A stretch of 64,000 nt of DNA from Mytilus trossulus. Taxonomy: Eukaryota. Every line of letters starts with the position of its first letter. The first letter of the stretch is position 1. The translations under genes were made by a program, and so were the position numbers. Below, in pieces: positions 28,601 to 42,200 of the stretch. The stretch is taken from contig NC_086378.1 in NCBI RefSeq assembly GCF_036588685.1, positions 18,662,001 to 18,726,000 of the forward strand, read 5' to 3'. The notes under the pieces are model-generated. The model did not search any database. It was not told the origin of the DNA and was given only the letters and a program-made list of their open reading frames with translations.

Positions 28601-31600
28601 CCTCACGCGAAATGACACATTGTCAACTTTCCTTCACGTCAACGTGTTATTATGCCCCGTCTTTTCTACAGAAATGCTTTCCCCATCAAAATCAATTAAA
28701 CCATTTAAAGCTCCAATCATAATTGGAAGTTATTGATAGAAAAGTTATTAGAAATAATTGATATCAAATTGACGTGAAAAAACTTATATTTTCTGCTAAT
28801 GTTTTCTTCAAAATTATTAACACGCATGCGCGATTGGATTACACCGGAAGTTGCATTTTTTACTTCCGTTTATTATAAGTGCTAATTGAACGTTCCCTCA
28901 TTAGTATTGTTTCAGAATGAGTTTGCAGTGTAACAAGTTTATAATTGGTCAAATGATGCAGAAACATTCGTTTTGATATAGCAGTCAGTAAGCTGATTCC
29001 TCGAAACAGGTTGACAAATTTGTTTAAAGGTTGACATAACAAATTTGTCAAATTTTTTTTTTTTATACTTTTGTTCAATAATACTTTGTCTGCGTTGTAA
29101 TTACTCCATACATGTTAAAAGCCTAGTTATCACAGCGATATTAACAGCACTAAAGGTCAGGCGAGTATAATGGCGTTTGGAAAGGTTAAACTATCGAGAA
29201 TTGCTGTGTCATGACTTCTCTAGCCATTCAAAAATAGAATTTATCTAAGTTCTACATTGACACTTGTCTTACACATTTGAAAATTTATTTCTCCAATCAA
29301 AATTTCAAACCTTTTGATGAACCAGACATAGAAGCAACAGTATATAAGATTCTTTGAAGTCTTACAATATCTACTGTAATAAAATTTTGTTTTGAAGTAC
29401 TTTCGTAAGTTGGAATATTATTGCAGACTGCTGCTGGCCAATTATATAACTAAGCAGTGGACCCTACGTCATTGTTAGAACGAGCAACCTAATATCGTAA
29501 TATATGTTTTATCCTTCCATTCTCATCGTATCACTTTATTCTAAAGATGGAATCGACAGATGTAGTTCTGCGTGTCAGACAATCCATTACCACTAATATT
29601 GCCTTGTCATAAAGGTACTCATGAAATATGAGCACAATGTAGGCAGTACAGCATTGCGATCAGTTCGCGTTTCCGATTCTCTATCAGGTTATCAGTACTT
29701 ATACTTTTAAAAATATTGAATACACGCTAGATAGTCAGTAGTTTAGTTTTTAGTCATACGAATCTTTTTATATTAATTGCTTTTTGCACTTTTGAAAAAA
29801 CAAAATAGGAGATTTCGGTAATTCCATTCAGATGTTTAAGAATAGATCATTTATATAACCATGATGCTAAATAGATTAAACAGGACAATAAAAGAGAACA
29901 GACCAAGAGGTAGATCATACCTACTTTGTCAGTAAATATTTCACGACGCTTTCCTTAGAATAAACTTCGGCACGGTGATACGAAACATGTTTGATCGAAG
30001 TAATATACTCGTTGATATCAGGAATAGAAACACTCATCTCGTCCGATGTAGTAAGACGAACATCGACGTGAACAAGACAAACGATCATTGTCGTGTGCAA
30101 TTCTCATTGCAGTTTTGTGAAAACAATGATGTACCCATATTTTGACTATTTTATTTATTGCGTCTATTTATTTAACGCATCAATGTAAATATAACGGGAT
30201 TTGATGAGACTGTCATTAAAGTGAGAGGGTTAGCGCTATAGAACCAGGTTTAATCCACCATTTTCTACATTTGAAAATTCCTGTACCAAGTCAGGAATAT
30301 GACAGTTCTTGTCCATTCGTTTTTGATGCGTTTTGTTATTTGATTTTGCCATGTGATTATGGACTTTCCGAATTGATTTTCCTCTAAGTTCAGTATTTTT
30401 GTGATTTTAATACAATAACAGGGATTTTTACTCAATTTCATTTTAAAAAAAAACAAAAAAAAAACTCAACATCCAGCTTAAAACGATGTTTTGAATGTTA
30501 TTTTTCATCATCAAATTAATGACAATATATGAAAAAAGTAGAAAAGGTATGTTCTACAAGATTGCATTCGCACAACATAATACTTTTGTTAAAATCAAGT
30601 ACCTCTTTTTGTTTTATACAACACCTTGTCAATCATTTGACGCATTTATTTCTATTTTTAGTATATATGTTGCAACAGATGTAGGAAGCGAGTACGGTTA
30701 AAATTTAACCCTTATTTTTTAAAAACACATGTTAATATACCGCTGTTTTGTATCAACTTCCGTCGTATCTGTTTACATTTCCATTCTCAATTTTATGATA
30801 CTAAAATCAATTTGATGCACCAAATTCACATTTCGAACAATAAGTATTCATATCTCAACAGCGGTGTTCGAAATATGAGAAATCCGGAAGTGTCAAATGT
30901 TAACTAGAAACAAAACCGTAATATGACAAAGAAACTAAACCCAAATGTAAATACTCGGATTTGTATCTCCTATTTTTTATACAGAGATTGAATCGTCATG
31001 CTTCTCATTAATCATCAATGTACATTTAAACGCATATATTGATTTGCAAATTTAATCAAATGTTTATTTAAAAAAAGCTGTTAAATTTCAAAAACGTTTC
31101 CCATGAGTTCAAATATTGATTTAAGTATTAAATTGAAACATAACATTGTCCCTACTGTATCAGTTTTCAATAATGTGCCTTAATCACGAAATTGATTAAG
31201 ATTAGTTAAGAAAAAAATGGTGATTTAATTCACAACATCCATGCTAATTTCCCATAGATCTACACATGACTTTGTCCTGAAATTTTTAACGAAACTCTCA
31301 ATTAACATTCTGACACCTGTAGGTGTATGATTTTACCTCCCAAAGAGAACAAAATAAATCATGTTTTCTGATAGATTTCATTATAACAACTCTTTGATCG
31401 AGTGTGAGTTAAAGGTAAAGTGTCACCTTAATCTAGATTTCAAGTTCGATAACTTACTAAGACCTCGATAATCTTCACAAAATCTAAAACCGGAAACTGT
31501 CGAATGAATGCAAAACTGTCTTCACCTTTTGTTGCTAGCTCTACCTAAGAGATAAACATTTAAAAGATTCCATCTTAAGGTCAATTTACCAGTTCATAAA

Positions 31601-33278
31601 TAACTTTCTAATTATATATTAGAAGTGCGAATCCCTTTTGTATTTAACTACGGGGTATCTTTTGATAATAGAAGAGCTATATTCCATTCGGAATTCAAGC
31701 TATTGGTATTTAATAATAGTAATTCAATGTTATTTATATGTTGATACTTAATTAACAGCTTCAAAAGTTTACAAAGTTCATAAAAACATTGTCAACAATG
31801 AAAAATCACAAATTCAAGAGTGAACATACATTGGACATACTATGATATACATACCTTCTCATAACTTTCTTTTTGAAAAACTATTTGAAAAATTAAGTTA
31901 AATGATATTGCGAATTGAATATATAGGATTTTGTTTTATACACAAATCAAGGTTCCAATTCATCAATGTGGTCAGTTTCTAATTTCAATAATGATTTCTA
32001 AAATAATCACTAAAATGAGAGTTAACATCGTTTCCTTTTATGTTAAGCGTTAATTATATTGTATTCCTGGCACGAATATATACTTTTGTCTTTAAAATTG
32101 GTATTTAAAACATTGCATTATAAGCGAAAGGTTTGGCTAGTCATAAAACCAGGTCAAACTCACCACTTTTTTTTCCTAAAATGTCCTGCACAAAGTCCCG
32201 AATGTGGCAGTTGTTATTAATTAGTCCGTTCCATATATGTTTGCGTTTGTTTTTGTAGAAGTTCAGTGTGTCTGTTGTTCCGTTGTTTTCCTCTTATACT
32301 TGATTTGCTGCCATCGAGTTTTGTTTATAACCAGGATTTGTTTTTGCTCGTTCGATTCATAACTATTGATCAGCGGTATACAATAGTTGCCTTTATCTAG
32401 CTAGGTTTTCTTTCATTTTCTTAGCATAAAATACCCGTTACCTCTCGTAATCGTTTACAGATCTCTATTGATACCATACGCTCATTATGCGGACTTAAGA
32501 TTATAAGGTGGTGATCCTGGCATAAAACCATCCTTTAACATTCTAATGAGGAGTAACAATTGAAATCTTAACAACATCATATATAAGATAATGAAAATTG
32601 TTTGGCTGGTACGATATGCATGTGTTTCTGCTATCTTATATGTTTAGTTACTAGAGTAGATCTGTAAGTTTATCGATTTTGTCCTATTCCCTATCATGAC
32701 ATTTTGATTGAATGTGGATTCGCAAGGCAGAAAATGAATAATAAAAGACGGTTATCTTGCCGCAGCACCCGGCCTTATGCTGTTTGGAGTTCATTAACAC
32801 CAGTAAACTAATATTACTAATATTTGTTTCAGTATTTCTCACGCTTTATTTATTGAAAAGTGACTGATATAAGTGACTATAGAAGCAAACATTCTGAACT
32901 CGACTGAAACTAAAACAAATAGGTATGATCTTTTTGAAGGACGTTGTTGCATTAGCGAGGTTAAAGCTCACCTACCTCCCTCTTGTAAATGACCTCAATG
33001 TTCAGATGTCTTATATACGGTATAGCATGCGAAAATGAGAACAAATTTAAAAATATTGCACACAAATATTAAATTTACGAGACACATCTAAAATTAAATT
33101 TGCATTAAAATGTACAGTCATAAAAACCTAAGATGACATGATATGTTGAATAACAACAGAAATACTAAGTCCTTATGAAAATAATATTTTCAAAGATACC
33201 AGGCTTACAACTTTGTTGACAGACGCAAGTTTCGTATCCAAAAGACGCTTGCAATTTTATAATTGTACTTCTCATTGA

Positions 33279-33875
33279 ACAACTCTTCTACTGTTAAAGT
33301 CGCTAACAATCAGCCCCCAACTAACAACTCTTCTACTATTATAATCGCTAACAATTAGCCTCTAACTACCAACTCTTCCACTGTTATAGTCGCTAACAAT
33401 CAGCCTCCAACTACCAACTCTTCTACTGTTAAAGTCGCTAACAATCCGCCCCAAACTATAGTACCAACTCTTCTACTGGTATAGTCGCTAACAATCAGCC
33501 TCCAACTACCAACTCTTCTACTTTTATAATGGCTAACAATCAGCCCCCAACTACCAACTCTTCTGCTGTTATATTCGCTAACAATCAGCCCCAAATTACC
33601 AACTCTTCTATTGTTATAATCGCTAACAATCAGCCCCCAACTACCAACTCTTCTATTGTTATAGTCGCTAACAATCAGGACCTAACTACCAACTCTTCTA
33701 CTGTTATAGTCGCTAACAATCAGCCTCCAACTACCAACTCTTTTGCTGTTATAGTCGCTAAAAATCAGCCCCCAACTACCAACTCTTCTACTGTTATATT
33801 CGCTAACAATCAGCTCCCAAATACCATGTCTTCTTCTGTTATAGTAGCTAACACTCAGCCCCACAACTACCAAAC
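33279..33875. repeat. 45-bp minisatellite, about 13 units
   Basis: Unit AACTCTTCTACTGTTATAGTCGCTAACAATCAGCCCCCAACTACC, e.g. starting at 33601 and 33646. Confidence 0.95.
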
Positions 33876-36800
33876 TATTGAAGACTCAATAAAGATGAGA
33901 ATATTTGTAGGTTCATTTTATAAACTATCCCGTTTATCGTCTCCAAAGCTTTCCGTTTTCCTATTTTACTGGGAGCATTCTGTTACATTATTTACATGCA
34001 TTCACGAAATTTAGAAATTAAAAGGTCACTCATGGGAAGTATTCATTATTTTGAATTAAAATGTTTTGATATGGAGAAGACGGAACTAAGTTGAAAAACT
34101 TGTGTCTAATCCATTTATTTTGAACAATAAAATATGTTTAAACTAACCATCCAACATATTGGAACTTTATTTTCTTAACTTTATATCATGCATAACAGGA
34201 ATAAGACAATATTATTGTTCGTAAATGGCAAATTAAGGGACAAGCCTGGATGTATATTGCTCATTATGAAAGTAGAGAGATGTGGTATGTGTGCGACGAC
34301 TATCCACTAGAGTTCATATGACAAAACAAGCGATTCATTCTCAAAACTTCTTTTTTCTAATATATGTGTTTCAGTCTGAAATTAATGCAAAAGGGTTATT
34401 ATGTATTCAGTATTAGTTCGGAAAAGTCCAGAAAAAATGTAAAACTACTTTTCTTGTTTTAAAAAACAGTATGAATTTTTATCAAATAAACTCATCAAAA
34501 ATACCAGGCTTGTACTTTTATTCTACAAAAGACTGTTCATTGACGCGATAATAAATTTAAATTAAAAGGCAAAATAAAGTACTAAGTTGGAGAGTTTTAT
34601 CAAATTTTATTATTTTACATGTTTGCGGAAAAGTTATATACCCTGGTGAAGTATTATTTTATTCATGAAAGTGTTAGTATTGTAGTATATATTTTTGACA
34701 CTAATTTAATTCAAATTTAAATGTGGCAAATAAATGCATTTCCTAGAAATGTAAATAAATTATATGTTTCACTTAAACCAGATTGCCGCAATCATAAAAA
34801 GATAGACACCCACATATGAAAGACGAAACAAATCAAGAATGGTAGGCCCCATTAATTATTAAATTATGGAATCATAGTCAACTTGGATTGTGTTCACCAT
34901 CACTATATATGATGGTTGTAATCGATGGTTTAAATATTGTTGTTTTTTTTTGTTATAGGATCACAATTGCTGTGTAGTATATAAATTTTTCTGAAACCTA
35001 GTAAATTGAAAAATTGCACTAGAAAAAGTGTGAAATACAATTGCGCTTTAATTATATACAAGATAGCGGAGCGAGGTACAAAGTATTTAGTCTTTCAATC
35101 AATAATTATATGTTTGACCTAAAATTGAATTAGCTCGGGACATTTAGTACCGTAAACCCCAAAGAAATGGATAGTTGTATAAACCTGTTTATGCGAAACT
35201 AAATATTCAACATATATAACCTCGATGATTATATGCTGTCAATCGGTCTATTGTCGTACTAGTGTCTAAATTATTGTCGTAAAATATGATAAATTCACTG
35301 AAGATACATACAAGTCAGGGTCGTATTCTGACCATCAACGCACCTGTGTTAATCAGATTAACGATCAGGTAAGCAGATTAATAGTCTGTGATACCCAATA
35401 TCTATCTGTACCCTATGGTTAAACCTTTCGACAAAATCGCAATGCATGATACTTTCCTGTCGTAAATCACAAGCGTGTGATCGTTTGAAAACATCATTTA
35501 ATACCAGTGAAAATTTGATATTATAATTAAAATGGTTCTAAATTTCAGATTGATATTCTTTTATTTTGAATAAAAGTCATGCAGAACTTGTTATACTTAC
35601 AAGTTAAGCAAGTGGAAAATCAAATTAGGGCGCAGTTATGTCAGCTCACAAATCTCGAGGTGTACTGACATCTAATAATTATAAAAATCTTATAATTAGT
35701 GGGTGGCATATACTGTACAAACTGTTTTGTAAGGTGTTGTAAGCTGCATGCATAAATGTCGGATGCAATGGTATCTGGTTTTTTTCCCAACAATTATTCG
35801 ACCTCATTTACCTATCACTTAAAAATGACAATCAACAACTAGGGTTGGAAACAACAATAAATTTTAAAAAACTTAACACAACTTACATTTAAGCCAAAAT
35901 AAAATGAAAAAAACAAGCGAAAATAAATAAAAGAACAATTACATCGGGAACACAAACTAACATTTCTCGTCACTCCACTCGTGAGGGAGAACATAATGCC
36001 CATTTTATAACCACTATCATAATTGTCTGTATAGTCAAAGGACACTTCAACAAAGTGACGTGTTTAATAATAGTTTGAAATTTGTGGTTGAATTAAAAAA
36101 ACCAGATATACACCGAACTCCAGGGAATGCTGAAAAAAAAAGTCCTTTATCAAATGACAAAATCAGAAGCTCAAATACATCAAACGAATGGAAAACAACT
36201 GTCATATTCTTACCTTGGTAACAGCATTTCCTCATGTAGACAATGGTTGATTAAACCTAGTTTAAAACCTAGCTCAACCTCTCACTTGTATGACAGTCGC
36301 ATAGAATTTAAGGTTATAAGACAACAATGTGGTAGCAAACAAACAGACATAAAAGGTAAAATTGTCAACAGTACAACAGTCAACATTCGGTTACAATCTT
36401 AATCACTATAAACACAAATAAATATTTTGTATATGTTGTGTACAACAAATTATAATTTGTACATAATTTCTGTACAAGTTACCAGTGTTTGATGACCTGC
36501 CAAAATCAAATGGATGATTTAAGCACATAGTCTTTTCTTTCGCATATTTCTGTCATATTTTCATAACTGCATGATACAGTCTCATACTGAGCAGTGATAC
36601 AAAAACATTATAAGACCACAAAAAGACGTTCTATGGATATGAATATAGTATAAGGATAAAAATAAAATTTAAACTTTAACCATTCAGGTATCCAGTTTGA
36701 AGACAAGAAGAATACATGTAGCACTAAATCTAAGGTTGAATTTAAAATATTACACTGGTAAATTTTAGAAGATAAACCTGTATCACCTGTTGCAAGAAGG

Positions 36801-38353
36801 TATGTGTCAAACTTGTAAATTGTACAAAAACCCGGTTCAAAATTACATCTTGTACACAACATATACGTGTAACACTCTATAGCAAAAGTGCAAAAGCAAA
36901 CAATTAAAGAATAACATTATGGCGGATGTATACATATCGAGTCATGCACTGGATATTACCATAGAAAAACTCATCAAAGATATCAGGCTTAATGTGTACG
37001 CCTCATGCACGTTTCGTCTATACGTCTATAAAAATAACGTTTTTTTTTTATTTAGCAAGTTTACAAATTGCATAAATATAAATATAAGATGTGGTATGAT
37101 TTTCTACGAGACAATTTTTCACCAAAGAGACCAAATCGGTAAATGTTACCGTAACAATTAGTAAACCATAAACCACAGAGCAAGCTACAAACTGTCCCGA
37201 GATGAGATGTACAATGATAATTTTATAAGGGCTTTCAAACACTAAAGAACCAAAGAGTCTAAGAGATTGTACCAACAAAATGTAATCATACAGACGACCA
37301 AAACCAAGAACCATGTTTGTTTTGAAGAGCGCCATTCTTCGAGTCTCAATGTGTCCTTTATACATGCGCCTGTCGCATAACTTTGCGCTACCTTAATTCA
37401 ACTTAGATATGTGGGGACAACTTTGCAACACATACATTATATAATTACATGTCCGATGCCTTATTATGATTTTCAACTAACTTTGGGAATAGCGCTTGAA
37501 TATGGTGCAAAATCAGCAGAATTATAGCTTTTAACTGGCAAATACATTACACTCACCCTTTTAACTCAGCATTTACTACATGACGTATTTAATATTCCTA
37601 AGCTATAAATGATGATTCGATTTAGCTTTACTAGTTACTAAATTAGCCATTAATTCTGTAAGAAAGATATAATTAAAATGTGTGTTTACACAAATAAGGA
37701 CAAGATAAAATTGCTGATAACACACTCAAAAGTAATAAATAGATTGATTTATTATCGAGGTTACATATGGAAGTATATCATTAAACAATTATCGTTATAC
37801 TGACCGCAGGCAGAGACTATTCAGGAAATCATCTAAGGTCTTAATGGCCGCTTAAGACATTGACAATTATCATCATAAGGCCTCCTATGACATCTTAATT
37901 TCTCAAATTTTTAACATAATTATAGCTATTAAGCATTGTCTAGTTGTTGTCATTTTCTTCAGTAAGCGTGTGGCTCATAACACTTTATATTATTCATATT
38001 GTTTCTTACACTGTATATAATAGATTTCGAGCATTAATATAATTAGTGGGTTAGGCCTGGTCGATATTGATATGTGCTAAATGGTCTAAAATGAACATTA
38101 CTCTTTCAAATGAATTAAGATTACAATTTAAATCTTAATTCAAAACAATATTATAACATATTATAGTAATATAGGACTACAATTTTTTCGTGATGTTAAA
38201 AAGCAGTTATTTATTATATTAGACCTTTATAAAGTAGCACGTGCTTTCAAATTTAATGTTCGACTAATTGCACTTGGTGAATTTGTAGATTCATTTTTTT
38301 TCCTTTTAGAATGAGAAGATGTTATATGATTGTAAGCTAGGTATCTATTTATA

Positions 38354-39261
38354 GGTTAGACAATACTTGGTCATGTTTTATGAAGATTTAAGCCCAAGGC
38401 GAAGCCGAGGGCTTAAATCTTCATAAAACATGATCAAGTATTGTCTGACCAATTTAGAACATATTCACACTTTTGAGTGACCTTACAAAACTATCCTTTC
38501 CCATTGTAATATTCAAACCTAAATACGAGTTCACTTTTATAATGAACTAAATATAAAACATAGGTAATTAATGATCATTTCAATGAATGAAATGAAATAG
38601 CACGGACATAATTTGTGAAGGATAAATTGTTTTATTTCTGCTTCAGGTAAATTTTAATACTCATATATCTTTACATTTTTTTATTTTAAAAAGCAACACA
38701 ATACTATATAAATCCCCTTTTTGGAATTTGATTTTTTTTATAGATATAAAACTCTTTGTATGCAAATTTGAATTCAGACCATTCAACATTAAATGCTTAC
38801 TTTTTTTGATAAATATAAATGTATTGCGTTTCTCCGAAAACAACCCTTTGCTTTATATATCAGCAGTCTGGCATTGTGTTTTGTGAAGGAAAGAAAAATA
38901 ATTCCCTCAAATGTAAGGTATACAAATTAAATAAATATCATTTTATTTATCCTTACCAATTTTGTTTGTGTATCCTATTATGTGTACCATGAGAAAATGC
39001 ATGAAATTTTGCAAAATTCAAAATGTTTTTATTTTAATCTTGATCTTTCATCTTTAATCAGTAGGCTATTTTCCCAAGGAAAATGTTAGGGGATTGTACA
39101 CTTCGTTAGTGCAGCTTTTAAGAGTTCACTTTCATAATTAACTGACAATGAAAAGTCATTCATGTATAGCATTTCATAGTGCATGGAAAACCATGTACTA
39201 TGAAAATTAGAGGGCAAAAAACTGACTTTTCATTGGACGAGAAGGGGTGAGTATGTTCTAA
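38354..39261. mobile_element. Crypton-like non-autonomous element (terminal palindrome plus internal inverted repeats)
   Basis: 97-bp palindrome 38354-38450 centred on GGCGAAGCC; inverted repeat TTAGAACATATTCACACTTT (38454-73) vs AAGGGGTGAGTATGTTCTAA (39242-61); no clear TSD. Family assignment is from recalled architecture. Confidence 0.55.
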
Positions 39262-42200
39262 TGCCAAGATTATGTCCGCAATCTACGAAAGCATATATAC
39301 AATGTGGTTTAAGATCATCTAAACTATATAGAATTAAGTTTAAATTTGAACTGAATTTAAAATTTAGCCTCAAGTTATTGTAATACATAACATGTCAAAT
39401 TGTTTTGCTTCTAGACATTCAATTGATACACACGAAATAATTTATTTTTTAAAACGTGTTCAACTAGAAAAAGTTTATATTTTCATAACGGTGACATTTT
39501 ATGAAAGGAAAATAGTCAAAATCACACAAAACATGTCAAATCGGATGTCGTCTGTAAAAGCATGACAAAGTTGAAAAACAACTTTAACAACTTTTCATTT
39601 TATTTTTTCAAATCAAAATAATTCAATGTCGTAGTTTCATAGTTTCAAAAAGAGAGAAACAGTTATGATTGAATTTGTCAAAACGCTTAATAAGTTTTTT
39701 TTCTTTTCTTTTAATTTATTAAACATGTTAAAGATAATATCAATATATATCTATAGCAAATTAAAAAAAAAAATAGTACAAAACTTTTCATTCAGGAAGA
39801 AGAATAAGAAGAGAGTTAACATATCTACTGACAAAAGTAGCACAACGTTGTGCAGCAAAGCAGGCGTGTTAGGAAAGCAAACAGATGTAATATTTGAATG
39901 TCTTAGATATGCTGTTTATGATTTATAACTAAAGATTACGAATAGCATAATTTTATCCCATTTAACAACATGCACAATAATAAAACATTTAATGTTTTAC
40001 AATTTGTGGAATAATTACGCAATTCATTTTGTTAATTGCTTCAAAATTGAACTGAATTGAATTAAACTTGTTGTAGATATATTGTCCCTTGAATAAATGT
40101 AATAACGAGAGATGTTCGGTAATAATTTTATAAAGAGCGATATGGCAAATAGTTGATTAAAAGTAAGATACATCGATTTTAGGCATTCTGTGACTTTGAG
40201 ATGTAACGCAGATAATTTATCAACAGAGCATTCAACAATAATTCTGGTTGAAGAAGAGAAGAAAATTTAATTAGTGGCCAGAATAACATGTTCAAATTGA
40301 CGACGTGTAAAGAAAAGTATTGACGATACGTAGAAATTGGACATTTGGGAGAATATAATTAGCATTGATTACTTCAGCTGTTTGATTTTGCGTACCAGAT
40401 CTTCCCGAAAGACTTCGAACAGTACTGATAACAAATTTGGTAATGGAGGTTTGGAAGGTGATTAGATTATCGCTATTGGTGCCAAGACGCAGGGGCCAGG
40501 TGCTAACGTTTGACGGACTAGATAGCTATCCGTCATGTATTAAACAAACAGTTATTATTTAATTACATAATTTTCTCATTTACATTATTAACTGAAATAC
40601 GATTTTATTCCTCACATTTATGGTGTCCCACGCGAGTCACTTAGCAAGTATAAAGTTTCATTAGACTAATTTGGAACAATTAAGCGCATGGATGAACTAT
40701 GGTGATGTGACGTTATTTGCGTTATTTGAAAATCTAATAAGATCACTATGATGTTTCACCCGATATAGCTCGGGAAAAGATAAAAATAATTTTACTATGG
40801 AATTGTTCTCTTTGCATTTTTCAGCACAACTAGACTGATTGGTCATAATGAATTTATAACAATCTAGTTACTAATAAAATAAGAGAAATTTAACCATTTG
40901 ACAACTTTTGCGGGTAATTAATCAAGAAAAAAAATAGAAGCCTTTTGCATCACACTTTACGTTCCCTCTCTACAAACAAAATGTATAAAAAGACCAAATA
41001 ATAGAATAATCAGAATTATATTAATGTTTAATTTGGCGGTCAAACTGCTGCCTAAAGAACTTTAATGTTTGTTATTTCTGACTTGGTACAGTCATTTTCA
41101 AATGTAGAAATGGTGGATTGAACCTGATTTTATAGCGCTAAACCTCTCACTTGTATGCACTTTTGTTTATGGAACGGGGCTAGTGCAGTTTTCAATTTGT
41201 TTGTAAGTGTTGCAACGGAATGCGGTCTTCGTAAGCTGATATTAATATCATCAATCACAGATTGAAATGTATGTATGAAAACAAAAACAAAGTATTTGAA
41301 AGCGTACATTGTTTTAACATTTAAAAGGGTAAATGTGTTTTTGTTTTCAAAAGAAAGATTGCACTTCCGGTCACCTGATTAGTTTTGGAGATTAGCACCT
41401 GTATCTTGACTTCCGTGACTTTGATGTGTATCACATTATGTACAAAGAAGAAGGAATTTGTTAAGATTTTATCAACAAGAAAATTATAAAAGTAAAACCT
41501 ATGTGACCCGTAGTGTTGACACTTTCTTAAATACCTGTAAACTATCTATATTTTGACACCTGAGATAAGTTAGATTTATGGGTTCTTTCATTACGCATTT
41601 AAATAACCACAGAACTGTGGTATCTGTAAAGCACATTTCCGTAACACGGAATATAGTCTTTCCGTATAGCAAGCATATTGTCCATCTCCTGCTGAAATCA
41701 TGATTGTACATTTCCTCAGAACATAATCCATGCAAACACATAATAATATAGGAATATACTGTTTCAAATCTAAAAGTACAACAGAAACCATAATGTATTC
41801 ATCAAGTTCCCTTTTAATAGGTAAAATATTTTTATGTTTATGAAAACCAACAACTTCGGTCTAGTACCACTTTGATAGTTTATAATATGTCCTAATATCC
41901 GTTTTCTGAAATGTTCTTGCTGGTGACTCATCAATTTACCAAACCACCACCAAGGCGATTTATGTTCCTGACTTCTGACAAAAAGCAAATATTAAAATAT
42001 GTCTACGTTCATTTGAATTACAAACTGTCTGACCAAAACAAACATTTAAGACATAGAGAGAAGACACTACAGGGATAACCAAAACCAAAAGTCCCGAACA
42101 AACATGCAATACAACATCAATATGAAAAACATTTGAAATCGAGTGTCAACAACTAACAAAACGCAACACATATAAAACTAAAGACGGGACACCACGAACA

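Noticed and set aside
33400-34014. Repeat-protein ORFs on both strands
   Set aside because: By-product of a 45-bp minisatellite; no splice or homology support.
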